NCBI GenBank assembly: GCA_002269645.1 | Contig: NIVC01000788.1 | Span: 229,777 to 293,776 of the forward strand | Direction of reading: 5' to 3' | DNA from: Macrostomum lignano | Lineage: Eukaryota | DNA length: 64,000 bases | In this document: positions 1 to 13,262 of the stretch, one piece after another | How positions within the stretch are numbered: the stretch's first letter is position 1 | Layout: each line of letters starts with the position of its first letter | Notes under the pieces: generated by a model | Told to the model about the DNA's origin: nothing | The model's database searches: none | The model's input: only the letters and a program-made list of their open reading frames with translations | Program-made: the position numbers and the translations under genes

Positions 1-2061
1 GAAGGAACAGCTCGAAGAGCGAGGAAGGAGAAGGCGACTTAGGGGTAGACTGGGACTACCTCGGAATAGACGCAGGGGCAAGGCGAAGGAAGAAAACTGA
101 AGCTGATTCGGAGGAGTGACAATCACGACATCGAGATTTGATGGGGAAGGTAGGTATGGATATAGGGCCAAGTGCATTGGGAAGCTCCTCGTTCTCATTA
201 TCCATTTCCAAGAATACGCTCATAGATAATAGCGATAAGCTCACCGCGACAATCATTAACTTTCGTGTTTGCAAGCTGCTTGCACGCACATCAATAAATG
301 AGGACTACCCTCGACTGGTGAAAAACCACTTGGTTGTTACTCAGCAAGCTTGAAATTAATAATTATCGATTTAATACATTTCCTTGTATCAATTTTGAAG
401 TTGGATTCGCTGGCAAGTAGCTAGTAGGAAATTGCTGCTAGGGTAACAACAACAGACAGGATGGAAATGGGAAATCGTTGGACGAGAAATGTCCATCGCA
501 ATGCGAAATCAATGCACGAAGGAAGCCAGCGAGACCTGCATGGAGCTAAATATAGTCGTCTAAGAGCGAAGCATACAGGGTCATCTAAGCCCAACCAGCG
601 GAGGCAGCGCGCGTGTGGCGTGTTCTTGTTTCGCGATGAAATGTAAATCAATAAACAATCGGGCAAAAATCCAGACTGTGCTCGTGCGCAACACATTTCT
701 GAGCCGGCCAGTAGCTCGGAATCTTATTAATTATTAATTATACTGACGCTTGTTTAACAGGCAGCTTACATGACCGGTAGAAAGGTTACAGAAACTAATA
801 CCTCTAGCGGAAGAAGAAACGTAAGCCTGTACTTCTTGTAGTACTAAATATTATTTTGTAGTTGACTTTCTACTGCGCACCGCTACCAAAAAGGCTTCGA
901 AGGTAACACTTGGCGTTGAAAACCGATTTTATTTTGTTTTAAGCTTTCAAGTTGCGAATTAAGCAACATTGCACCAATAGTTTTTATGCTGCTTAATTAC
1001 TGGTAGAAGCAGTAACGTAGCGCGTAATGAGCAGTTACCCGATGCCAGTGCGAAAGATGTGAACAACAAGAGTAAGCTTGCTTTCGCACTCGCGAGGATC
1101 TTACTCAGGGTGAATTCCAGCTATCCTTTCTGGGTCAACTATTTCCCAATCATACACGGCATACGCGTAAAAGAGCAATAACGCTTCTTCATTATCTATC
1201 AACTAGACGGACAATGAACAACGGATGTCCAAGTGATCGCGACATCTGGACGGTTAAACAATATCCGGGACGGGGTGTCTCTACAGCCACAGAATGCCGA
1301 CAGTTTCCTGATCTACTCGTACCTTCGGAAATAAACTGAACTAGAAGGCATCGCTGGTCATCATCCTGAGTCTAGTTGCGTCTCCGCTCTGACAGAGTTA
1401 AATACATTCAAGTTTGATCATCTGACAGCTGCATTGAATACATTTCAAAAAATGCACGAATAATCCCAGGAAGCTGTAACACTCATATTTATATTTATAC
1501 AGATGTTTCGCTGAAGTATTCCAGAGATTCCAGAGAACCGATTCAAACGTCATAAGCACGTTTATACTAGCACTTGTCTGCATATGCACCGATGGATTTA
1601 GCTTGCATTATTTTTGTTGGCTCCACGAACCGTTTTTTTAGCGGTGCGGTGCTGCGGAACTAGCATAGATTTTCGAGTCAGGAATAAAAAATATGCTCGC
1701 CTGGAAAAGAGTTCGCACACCACAAAATCCACAGCACTGGCACAGTGTTTGCAGCTAGCAACTCACTCGTGTATATATAGGAGTATCGATGGCGAAGGCG
1801 AGTAACAACTTACTAGTTAGTTACAATGTGCACTCGAGTCACATTTGAGACCCTCCGGCGACGGAAAACTTGATTGATTTATCCGAAACTAAGAGCTGAG
1901 AGAGTCCCGCCCACTCTCTTCCCTATCTCTCTCTCCCCGACTTCGGCACCGTCCAGCGAGGGGCAGCTTAGCTGACATTCTGGCTAAAGGACAGCAACCA
2001 CAAACTTTACTTGACTTCTTATATTGAAAGCGAGAAAGCTTTTCTAGGAAAGCTCAAACGT

Positions 2062-2836
2062 CCGATTCCAGATTCCGAATTACAAATCCAGATCATGAAT
2101 CCCAGATCCTTAATTACAAATCCAGATCATAGATCCCACATCCCGAATCACAAATCCAGATCATGAATTCCAGATCCCGAATCACAAATCCAGATCATGG
2201 ATTCCAGATCCCCAATTACAAATTCAGATCATGGATCCCACATCCCGAATCACAAATCCAGATCATGGATCCCAGATCCCAAATCACAAATCCAGATCAT
2301 GGGTCCCACATCTCGAATTACAAATCCAGATCATGGATCCCAGATCCCAAATCACAAATCCAGATCATGGATCCCACATCCCGAATCACAAATCCAGATC
2401 ATGGATCCCACATCCCGAATCACAAATCCAGATCATGGATCCCAGATCCCAAATCACAAATCCAGATCATGGATCCCACATCCCGAATCACAAATCCAGA
2501 TCATGGATCCCACATCCCGAATCACAAATCCAGATCATGGATCCCAGATCCCGAATCACAAATCCAAATCATGGATCCCACATCCCGAATCACAAATCCA
2601 GATCATGGATCCCACATCCCGAATCACAAATCCAGATCATGGATCCCACATCCCGAATCACAAATCCAGATCATGGATCCCAGATCCCGAATCACAAATC
2701 CAGATCATGGATCCCACATCCCGAATCACAAATCCAGATCATGGATCCCAGATCCTTAATTACAAATCCAGATCATGGATCCCAGATCCCGAAAATCCAG
2801 ATCATGGATCCCAGATCCCGAATCACAAATCCAGAT
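2062..2836. repeat. Minisatellite, 34-bp unit AATCACAAATCCAGATCATGGATCCCACATCCCG (~23 copies)
   Basis: Period read directly and matches the 34-aa periodicity of the ORFs. Confidence 0.95.
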
Positions 2837-3169
2837 GATAGACCTTGTGGAACAGCAGGGGATATAGAGAGAAGCCAATGATACGCTGTTGCAGCCACTT
2901 GCGTGCCAGAACCAAGAAAGCGCAGCTGTCTGTCTGTGAGTCTTTACTCAAAAGAATTATAGATCAAAAATGGCAGCAGGCCATCTACACAAGCCCTGAA
3001 GAGAAGAAGTAGAAAAAAGTGCATATGTTTGATGCATAGTTCCAGTGGATAGCATTTTTACATCGATCCAAAGTTCCATGTTACAAGAGATATCAAATTT
3101 TTATTACTGACACATAATTCTGGCAGATAAGAATAATATTAATAACAATAATTGATTACACCTGCCCTA

Positions 3170-3395
3170 ATGACCAGATGTGCAACCGACAGCTCAGCCG
3201 CAGCTATTGCACGGCACATCTGAAGGCTGCGTCCGGCTATTCAGTCCAAGGACTGGGGGTCGCCACACACCCTCAATTACCCCAGCTAATGCTGGCACCC
3301 ATTGCTCAAGGACACAAGTTGTTCCAGTGGGATCGGAAATCGAACCTCCGACCTTCAAGTCGTAAGTCCGACGCTCTAACCACTAGGCTACATTC
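3170..3395 (-). mobile_element. CORE-SINE family A, internally deleted copy
   Basis: Aligns to the 13000-13262 copy. A-box TAGCCTAGTGG and B-box GGTTCGATTTCC are present; about 45 bp of the CORE is missing. Confidence 0.85.
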
Positions 3396-3741
3396 TCCCC
3401 TGTAGCAGCAATACACTACAGCCAATAAATCAAAGGGCATCAACTGCTGACTGAATTAAACCGCAACCCAAAATAATCCTTGCTCACTTTATTACAAGGC
3501 TCTTCAATAAATCCGGTTTTGAAGAGAGCAAATACATAAAATTGGGAACAGCTGGACGCGCGCGTAGCAATTAATTAATCCGCGGCCTCGACAGTTCTGC
3601 CATCCAAAGCATTTCCATCGGTGCGACACCCACTCCTGTGAGCAGCAACTCGGCACAAAAAACTGCTCTGGTCATTCTCGCAAAGGCTGAACTAGATTGG
3701 CATTAGGAAATTGGACTGTAGTGTCCGTACGCCCGTAAATA

Positions 3742-4862
3742 TGAGAGCACAAATTCCAGATCCCAAATCCCGAATCTGAGAACACAAATTCCAGATCCCA
3801 AATCCCGAATCTGAGAGCACAAATTGCTGATCCCAAATCCCGAATCTGAGAGCACAAATTCCAGATCCCAAATTCCGAATCTGAGAGCACGAATTCCAGA
3901 TCCCAAATCCCGAATCTGAGAGCACAAATTCCAGATCCCAAATTCCGAATCTGAGAGCACAAATTCGAGATCCCAAATCCCGAATCTGAGAGCACAAATT
4001 CCAGATCCCAAATCCCGAATCTGAGAGCACAAATTCCAGATCCCAAATTCCGAATCTGAGAGCACAAATTGCTGATCCCAAATCCCGAATCTGAGAGCAA
4101 AAATTGCTGATCCCAAATTCCGAATCTGAGAGCACAAATTCCAGATCCCAAATTCCGAATCTGAGAGCACAAATTCGAGATCCCAAATCCCGAATCTGAG
4201 AGCACAAATTCCAGATCCCAAATCCCGAATCTGAGAGCACAAATTCCAGATCCCAAATTCCGAATCTGAGAGCACAAATTCCAGATCCCAAATCCCGAAT
4301 CTGAGAGCAAAAATTGCTGATCCCAAATTCCGAATCTGAGAGCACAAATTCCAGATCCCAAATTCCGAATCTGAGAGCACGAATTCCAGATCCCAAATCC
4401 CGAATCTGAGAGCAAAAATTGCTGATCCCAAATCCCGAATCTGAGAGCACAAATTCCAGATCCCAAATTCCGAATCTGAGAGCACAAATTCCAGATCCCA
4501 AATCCCGAATCTGAGAGCAAAAATTGCTGATCCCAAATTCCGAATCTGAGAGCACAAATTCCAGATCCCAAATTCCGAATCTGAGAGCACGAATTCCAGA
4601 TCCCAAATCCCGAATCTGAGAGCACAAATTCCAGATCCCAAATTCCGAATCTGAGAGCACAAATTCGAGATCCCAAATCCCGAATCTGAGAGCACAAATT
4701 CCAGATCCCAAATCCCGAATCTGAGAGCACAAATTCCAGATCCCAAATTCCGAATCTGAGAGCACAAATTCCAGATCCCAAATCCCGAATCTGAGAGCAC
4801 AAATTGCTGATCCCAAATTCCGAATCTGAGAGCACGAATTCCAGATCCCAAATTCCGAATCT
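3742..4862. repeat. Minisatellite, 35-bp unit AATCTGAGAGCACAAATTCCAGATCCCAAATCCCG (~32 copies)
   Basis: Period read directly. Confidence 0.95.
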
Positions 4863-5577
4863 GAGATCTGAGATTCTAAATTCCAGATCCGAAATCTGAG
4901 ACTCCGGATTCCGATCCGAAATCTGAGACTCCGAATTCCAGATCCAAAATCTGAGACTCCGAATTCCAGATCCGAAATCTGAGACTCCGAATTCCAGATC
5001 CGAAATCTGAGACTCCGGATTCCAGATCCGAAATCTGAGACTCCGGATTCCAGATCCGAAATCTGAGACTCCGAATTCCAGATCCGAAATCTGAGACTCC
5101 GAATTCCAGATCCGAAATCTGAGACTCCGGATTCCAGATCCGAAATCTGAGACTCCGAATTCCAGATCCGAAATCTGAGACTCCGGATTCCAGATCCGAA
5201 ATCTGAGACTCCGAATTCCAGATCCGAAATCTGAGACTCCGGATTCCAGATCCGAAATCTGAGACTCCGAATTCCAGATCCGAAATCTGAGACTCCGAAT
5301 TCCAGATCCGAAATCTGAGACTCCGGATTCCAGATCCGAAATCTGAGACTCCGGATTCCAGATCCGAAATCTGAGACTCCGAATTCCAGATCCGAAATCT
5401 GAGACTCCGAATTCCAGATCCGAAATCTGAGACTCCGGATTCCAGATCCGAAATCTGAGACTCCGAATTCCAGATCCGAAATCTGAGACTCCGGATTCCA
5501 GATCCGAAATCTGAGACTCCGAATTCCAGATCCGAAATCTGAGATTCCGAATTCCAGATCCGAAATCTGAGACTCCA
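4863..5577. repeat. Minisatellite, 28-bp unit AATCTGAGACTCCGAATTCCAGATCCGA (~25 copies), fused to the 35-bp array
   Basis: Period read directly. Confidence 0.95.
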
Positions 5578-6269
5578 AAATACAGGAAAATTCTCGACAG
5601 ATCAGTCTGAGCAGATGAAGCAGATTTTGCCAGCAGGAGTTTGAATAATCCAAACAGCCTAATCCGGATTTGGCCGTCACAGAACCGGGACAAAGATTGC
5701 AGCAGCAGAAATTCATCGCCAACAAATCCAGCAGCCAAAAGCAGTTGGTTGTCAGCCAAGATCCCAAAGTAGAGAATAATGCTAATTAGATTTTCAATGC
5801 GACACCAACGAGGTGAACTCGAATCGACGGGTAGAAACAAAAATATGCAAATGAGTCATGTGGGGTCTCAATATTCCCCAGACTCGTCTGGGGTTTATGC
5901 GCGCGCTCCGATCGCCCATCGATCCCAAGAGGAATGGGAGCAAAATCTAGTTGGTATGTATATAGAAAGGTCAACTAGAAATCAGGAGACGAATTGAAAA
6001 CAGGTGCAAGACTTTCTGCGGCCCCGGCTCCAGACAGCGTGTTTGCACCAAAGCTTAAAAAACGTTAAGGTAAACGCCTAGCAGCGAGGATCCGGCCACA
6101 TAGGGAACCATTTGCCTGCTTGCTAGTTCCAATCCGATGGGGTGCTGGTAGCTGGCGGTAGGCAGAGAAAAAATTGCTGATTCATTCAAATCTGAGGAAG
6201 AATTTTGGCCTTAGGATCCCAACTCGCCTGAAAAACCGAATTTAAGATCCCAGTTATCGAATCTGAGAA

Positions 6270-7055
6270 TGCGGGTTTCCAATCTGAGAATCGAATTTCA
6301 CTTTGAGAACCGAAATTCCAATCTAAACACCGAATTCTAAGACTCCAATCTGACAACCGCAATTCCAATCTGAGAACCGAAATTCCAATCTGACAACCGA
6401 AATTCCAATCTGACAACCGCAATTCCAATCTGAGAACCGAAATTCCAATCTGAGAACCGAAATTCCAATCTGAGAACCGAAATTCCAATCTGACAACCGA
6501 AATTCCAATCTGAGAACCGAAATTCCAATCTGACAACCGAAATTCCAATCTGAGAACCGCAATTCCAATCTGAGAATCGAATTTCACTTTGAGAACCGAA
6601 ATTCCAATCTAAACACCGAATTCTAAGACTCCAATCTGACAACCGCAATTCCAATCTGAGAACCGAAATTCCAATCTGACAACCGAAATTCCAATCTGAC
6701 AACCGCAATTCCAATCTGAGAACCGAAATTCCAATCTGACAACCGAAATTCCAATCTGACAACCGAAATTCCAATCTGAGAACCGAAATTCCAATCCGAG
6801 AACCGAAATTCCAATTTGAGAACCGAATTTCCAATCTGAGAATCGAAATTCCAATCTGAAAACCGAATTTCCAATCCGAGAACCGAAATTCCAATTTAAG
6901 AACCGAATTTTCAATCCGAGAACCGAAAATCCAATTTGAGAATCTAAATTTCAATCTGAGAACCGAAATTCCAATCTGAGAACCGAAAGTCCAATCTGAA
7001 AACCGAAAGTCCAATCTGAGAACCAAAATTCCAATCTCAGAATCAAAATTCCAAT
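6270..7055. repeat. Minisatellite, 20-bp unit AATCTGAGAACCGAAATTCC, with an internal ~287-bp duplication
   Basis: Variant block GAATCGAATTTCACTTTGAG...CTAAACACCGAATTCTAAGAC recurs at about 6289 and 6576. Confidence 0.93.
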
Positions 7056-7771
7056 CGGATAATCCGAACTCATAATGAATCTGAGAAGATAAGGATCGGT
7101 GTGAGATTCTAAATCATGGCACTAAATCATGGCAAGAATTATTAAGATGATGAATATGTTGATACGCGAGATGAGATCCCAATCTAGGGAAGAATTAGCT
7201 GGATCCCAGCGGGATGCCCGCAGCGACATTCTAAAGCCTTGAAAGAATAAAAATCTCATCAAATCCGGCCTGAGAATGCTATCAGACTCTGCTTTGATCA
7301 AAAAGATTTGAGACGTCAGTGGCTAGCAAGAGATACATCCAAGGATTCTGGGGGGGGGGGGGGCAAGACGACACGGGAGTGGGGAAGAGATGACAGAGCG
7401 GATATAATAATTCCCAAAGTCGAAGCGGATCTCAAGACCGGTAGCAGCTGCATATTTGTGCCAAAAAACTGACTTAGGGCAGACTAGAGAGAATTATGAA
7501 GATGATGAAGCTCAGAAGCTGAGACCGTATAACTGCATGACGGGGCGGGCGGCCGCAGGGAGGCGGCTACTAATACACAAGTCACGACAGCTTAATATTT
7601 GCCTAAGCCCCAGTCTGGCAGGAAAATTTGCTACCGCCCCAGATGGGAACACGGAAGAAGGGGGGGGGGTCGGGCGACCGGGAGTCAGAATCGTTGCGAG
7701 AAAAGAATTGCTGCAGCAGCAGCAGCAGCAGCCGGTTCTTGAAACTTCTGCAGCCTCCGCCGGTCAAAGAG

Positions 7772-8430
7772 TTCTAGAACCTGGAGTGACAGCAAAACCA
7801 TCCCCGATTTTCCAATTGGCCAAGGAGTTCAAGAACTAGCACTCTGGAGTGACAGCTAAACCACCACCACCCCCGATTTTCTAATCGGCCAAGGAGTTCT
7901 AGAACTAGCACTCTGGAATGGCAGCTAAACCACCACCACCCCCGATTTTCTAATCGGTCAAGGAGCTCTAGAACTAGCACTCTGGAGTTACAGCTAAACC
8001 ACCACCACTCCCGATTTTCTAATCGGCCAAGGAGTTCTAGAACTAGCACTCTGGAGTTACAGCTAAACCACCACCACCCCCGATTTTCTAATCGGCCAAG
8101 GAGTTCTAGAACTAGCACTCTGGAGTTACAGCTAAACCACCACCACCCCCGATTTTCTAATCGGCCAAGGAGCTCTAGAACTAGCACTCTGGAGTTACAG
8201 CTAAACCACCACCACCCCCGATTTTCTAATCGGCCAAGGAGTTCTAGAACTAGCACTCTGGAGTTACAGCTAAACCACCACCACCCCCGATTTTCTAATC
8301 GGCCAAGGAGTTCTAGAACTAGCACTCTGGAGTTACAGCTAAACCACCACCACCCCCGATTTTCTAATCGGCCAAGGAGCTCTAGAACTAGCACTCTGGA
8401 GTGGCAGCTAAACCACCCCCCCGATTTTCT
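7772..8430. repeat. Minisatellite, 69-bp unit (~9 copies)
   Basis: 23-aa periodicity in ORF 7774..8394; unit CTGGAGTTACAGCTAAACCACCACCACCCCCG...CTAGCACT. Confidence 0.95.
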
Positions 8431-9764
8431 TTTTAATCGAAGGTTTATTCAAGGCTAATTTTTCTTACTAAACTTGTATAAATATTGTTTTGTTAATCTC
8501 GCGTTATGCTTCTTTTGCAGCAACAAAAATTTCAGCTAGTTTCGGGTCCAGAATCTACATCCAGAGCTCCATGACTCAGCAACCTTCCCAGGGCCTCTGT
8601 TTCTCTACCCTTTATATAAATTCTCCTTCTCCTTGGGGTTTAGTCGCGATTCCGGAGCAAATTGATCGCATCAAGATAGGCCCGAAACCAACTAAAGATG
8701 GAAGAAACGTGAATGGAAGAAAAAAATGGGAAAAGGCAGAGCAAGTGCATGCGCTTCAGTGCCTATTGGGCTAGAAAATATGACATAAATAAACCAACTC
8801 AGATCTATAGATCTGTCAAGCCTAATATAGACACGCTCGAATAGATATTGGCTAACATTAACTAATAGGCCGAGGGTAAAATCCATATGCACATGCAGAC
8901 AGCCTGGCCCAATTAGCTGGTACTTGAGACGCACGGTGCGATGAGTCAACTACTGGACTCGAATTTGTCAGTAGTCTCGACGCATTTGACGCTTGTATCA
9001 CTAAATTTAACTTAACCAAAGCCATAAGGCATTGTATGTGTAGCCATAACGCTTGTATGTGCCCAGGAATATTGTAATAATGTTACTAATATGGGAAGTA
9101 ATAGAGCAATAACAAAAATCGATATCATAACAATTAAAATTAACCGTATAGCTACTACAAAATCCACTTCTCTGAGACTCATTCCAATGACTCTTCGACT
9201 TTAGCACCAAGTATGATTTTATCAATCATACATTCAGGTGACGGTTCAAGAAGCTTGAACAGTTAGGCCTGCACAACCTTGAAGAACAACAAGAACACAC
9301 TGTACGCCACAATCAAATAGCAACACTGCACTTTCAGCCGCCCCCAACCCAAAAGGTTCAAAGACAGTATTGGAGAAAAGTCGATAACACTTTAGCTAAG
9401 GGCAAGACAAGAATAATTGGGAGTTGCAATGCAAATAAAGAGAATTTTTCAGACCAAATTAGAAGGTCAAAAACAGAGCAGCACGTCACAAAGGAGTAGC
9501 GAATCCTTAGCAGCATATCAACTCTCAGATATAGGGAGTCAATCAATAAGTTGTTAACAGCAGTGCTTAGCTGTTATTCATAATTGCAAGCATAAGAAAC
9601 TATTGAATATAATATATATACTGAAAAGTTGTCGGGTGTACTTGAAAAACAATTCAAGCAAAGTGCTCTACTAGTAGTAGTATCCAGTAATAAAATAGTC
9701 ATTCTGTATAAAAGACAAGATTTACAACTCTTTGATGACAATACTGGACTTAAAATATCAGCCT

Positions 9765-10770
9765 GCCAGTCTATCAATCTACCAGTCTATCAATTTATCA
9801 GTCTATCAATCTATTAATCAACCTAGCAGTCTATTAGTCTATAAATCTATTAGTCTATAAATCTATTAGTCTATCAATCTATCTATCCATCTATCTATCG
9901 ATCTATCAGTCTATCAATCTATCAGTCCATCAATCTGTCTATCAGTCTATAAATACATTATTCTATCAATCTATCTATAGATCTATCAGTCTATCAATCT
10001 ATCAATCGACCAGTCTATCAATCTATCAATCGACCAGTCTATCAATCTATCAATCGACCAGTCTATCAATCTATCAATCGACCAGTCTATCAATCTATCA
10101 ATCGACCAGTCTATCAATCTATCAATCGACCAGTCTATCAATCTATCAATCGACCAGTCTATCAATCTATCAATCGACCAGTCTATCAATCTATCAATCG
10201 ACCAGCCTATCAATCTATCAATCGACCAGTCTATCAATCTATCAATCGACCAGTCTATCAATCTATCAATCGACCAGTCTATCAATCTATCAATCGACCA
10301 GTCTATCAATCTATCAATCGACCAGTCTATCAATCTATCAATCGACCAGTCTATCAATCTATCAATCGACCAGTCTATCAATCTATCAATCGACCAGTCT
10401 ATCAATCTATCAATCGACCAGTCTATCAATCTCTCAATCGACCAGTCTATCAATCTATCAATCGACCAGTCTATCAATCTATCAATCGACCAGTCTATCA
10501 ATCTATCAATCGACCAGTCTATCAATCTATCAATCGACCAGTCTATCAATCTATCAATCGACCAGTCTATCAATCTATCAATCGACCAGTCTATCAATCT
10601 ATCAATCGACCAGTCTATCAATCTATCAATCGACCAGTCTATCAATCTATCAATCGACCAGTCTATCAATCTATCAATCGACCAGTCTATCAATCTATCA
10701 ATCGACCAGTCTATCAATCTATCAATCGACCAGTCTATCAATCTATCAATCGATCAGTCTATCAATCTAG
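9765..10770. repeat. 24-bp array CCAGTCTATCAATCTATCAATCGA (~32 near-perfect copies) with degenerate TCTA flanks
   Basis: Period read directly. Confidence 0.95.
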
Positions 10771-10937
10771 TAATCTACCATCTACCATTTGATTAAAAAA
10801 CATTTAAGAAAAAATAGATGTTAGCATAATAAACATTTGCTAAAGAACTGATCATAGTAGCAACAGTAGCAAAATACGCGCATATAACTACCAATCCAGC
10901 ATGTACCAGCAAATTCGGGCACAAACAATGAGCCTAC

Positions 10938-11056
10938 CTCCAGCAGGGAGAGCAGCGCGCAGTCCTCGAAGACGCCCTGCAGTAGGTCGCGATCCTGTTC
11001 GCTGCAATCGGTGAGGCACTGCATGTCCTCCAGGCTGTCCAAGATGGTCGACACGG
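10938..11056 (-). CDS. CASK: CASK exon 8 (119 nt; first L27 domain)
   Basis: tttatcag|CC GTG TCG... gives AVSTILDSLEDMQCLTDCSEQDRDLLQGVFEDCALLSLLE, then |gtaggc. Matches CASK [26 protein letters not shown]. The eight exons sum to 1200 nt, in frame. Later exons were not found in 1-10937. Confidence 0.95.
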
Positions 11057-11603
11057 CTGATAAAGAGTTAAGAGGATCAAATATTTGCAATTGCTGTAGA
11101 CACTCACTAATCGGTAGCCTTATATAATATCATTTTATTGCGTGCGAATACAAATGAAACTAATTGGCTCAAAAAATGTATGACAGAGTCGACAATAAAG
11201 ACAGAGATCATTAATTACAAAGCTCCTAGATAGGCGTAGGCTGTTGAATATTAAAATAACTTAGCTACATTGACTAGCAACACGAGATACCTCACTGTCA
11301 AAGGAAGGCTAGCCTAAGATTTTTACCTCTTGTATAATCTGTTCTTTTTTGGCAAAGGTATACAGCTATGCAGTCATGCTGGCTCTCGTTGAGGCGGAAT
11401 TAAACAGCAAACAGAGTCTAAAAGCTAAAGAGATGCACTTCTTTACGCTGGCTTTTAACTGACCTGCTTCAGGGGATAGAAGCTCCATTAGTTTTATTTT
11501 AAGACTAGTACTATTTCTCACCTTACTGAGTCAAGGTCGTTTTAGGGAAGAAATATATAGTATATGCATACATCTGATGCATGAAGCCATTATCCGTTTA
11601 TAT

Positions 11604-11993
11604 ACAGCATTCACTATCCTGACAGCATTCACTATCCTGACAGCATTCACTATCCTGACAGCATTCACTATCCTGACAGCATTCACTATCCTGACAGCAG
11701 TGAGAGCATTCACTATCTTGACAGCATTCACTATCCTGACAGCATTCACTATTCTGACAGCATTCACTATTCTGACAGCATTCACTATTCTGACAGCATT
11801 CACTATCCTGACAGCATTCACTATTCTGACAGCATTCACTATTCTGACAGCATTCACTATCCTGACAGCATTCACTATTCTGACAGCATTCACTATTCTG
11901 ACAGCATTCACTATTCTGACAGCATTCACTATTCTGACAGCATTCACTATTGTGGCAGTGTTAACTATCCTGACAGCATTCACTATCCTGACT
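11604..11993. repeat. 18-bp array AGCATTCACTATYCTGAC (~21 copies)
   Basis: Period read directly. Confidence 0.95.
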
Positions 11994-12999
11994 TGTTGAA
12001 AAAATTGATACAGTTTTTAGAAGAAACTATAAGTAGAAAGGGTATAGTGGTAACATGAGTACACGTAAGTTAGTTATATTTAGTTGGCTTGAACACTGCT
12101 ACAATACGGGTACTATGGCTAGAACAGGAATCGAACCCGGGCCCTTTGATATAAGAGAAAAATATAAACTATGTAAAGATGCAAGGTAGAACTTACCTTT
12201 GTAAGAGGGCACCCTCCGAAAGGCAATCATATTTAAATATTTTATCTACTCGCAGTTATTAAATTATGTTTACTCAACTAGAGACTAATTAGCCATATGG
12301 AAATTATTAAACAGGTAAAAACTGACGATTACAAAGGAACTCTGTAATGGACGACTAATTTTATCAAAAATAAATAGTCAATCGCCTATTTTAGTAAAGT
12401 TTTCTCCAACACAGTTGATTGGATAGGGTGATGAGACAATCAGCCAATCACCAGTCTTGCTTCTAAATTTTGCATCACAATCTGGAATTCATACACGTTG
12501 CAGACCATTCGTTGAGGCGTTTTTTGCTTCTTATGGAGTCCTAATAAAAAAGCTATAATATTTTAACGAATGTTCTGCTGCGCCGCTTTTGACTTGCAAT
12601 GTGCGCCTATAAGTTTACCTCCTGTTTCGGCCAATCTCAAACGTTTCTAAGCGCAACAAAAAGTTAAGCCCGTGTTTTCTTTAATTTCGTGTGCCTGCGT
12701 TGCTCCGTGATGGCGCAGCGTGCAAAATAACTGTTAGGGGGATCACCCTTGGTAATTCTGCCGTTAATCTGCACTTAATGACTCAATCTCTCTGTTTACT
12801 GTTCTCTCTGTCTAGTTCTCTCTTACCCTCTTTCGCAATTCTGATAGGCTCTTTAACCTTACCTCTTTCCTCAGTCGCGCACACCTACCCTCCTGATCTG
12901 CACCCAATTCACCTTCCCACTTATCTGAAATCTTCGACTAGAAAAATTTTGCAGATGACGATAATATTAACAAAAAAAATATTTGATTACACCTGCTCC

Positions 13000-13262
13000 A
13001 ATGTGCAGATGTGCAACCGACAGCTCAGGCTGCTCAGCCGCAGCCATCGCGCGGCGCATCTGAAGGCTGCGTACGGCTGTTCAGTCCAAGGAGTGGGAGG
13101 TCGCCACACACCCTCAATTACCCCAGCTAATGCTGGCACCCATTTTACAGCTGGGTGAACTGAAGCAGTGCAGAGTTAAGTGTCTTGCTCAAGGACACAA
13201 ATTGTTCTGAGTGGGATCGGGAATCGAACCCCTGACCTTCAAGTCGTGAGTCCGACGCTTGC
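13000..13262 (-). mobile_element. tRNA-derived CORE-SINE, family A
   Basis: Minus strand has a B-box GGTTCGATTCCC, then GTGTCCTTGAGCAAGACACTTAACTCTGCACTGCTTCAGTTCACCCAGCTGTAAAATGGG, which resembles the MIR CORE domain. Confidence 0.85.

Noticed and set aside
3330-3395. tRNA gene-like A/B boxes (also at 12105, 13210, 22370, 23630, 49545, 61960)
   Set aside because: No complete cloverleaf was seen; they continue into SINE bodies or are fragments.
2163-7026. Long ORFs of 200-720 aa on both strands
   Set aside because: They are translations of stop-free tandem arrays, open in several frames at once, with no domain content.
9230-9340. KLEQLGLHNLEE resembling a CR1/L2 LINE C-terminus
   Set aside because: Too short, with no reverse-transcriptase motifs upstream.
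1-9700. Search for the next CASK exons (LYDKI..., second L27, PDZ)
   Set aside because: No convincing match was found on the minus strand. They probably lie left of the window, but a diverged exon may have been missed.
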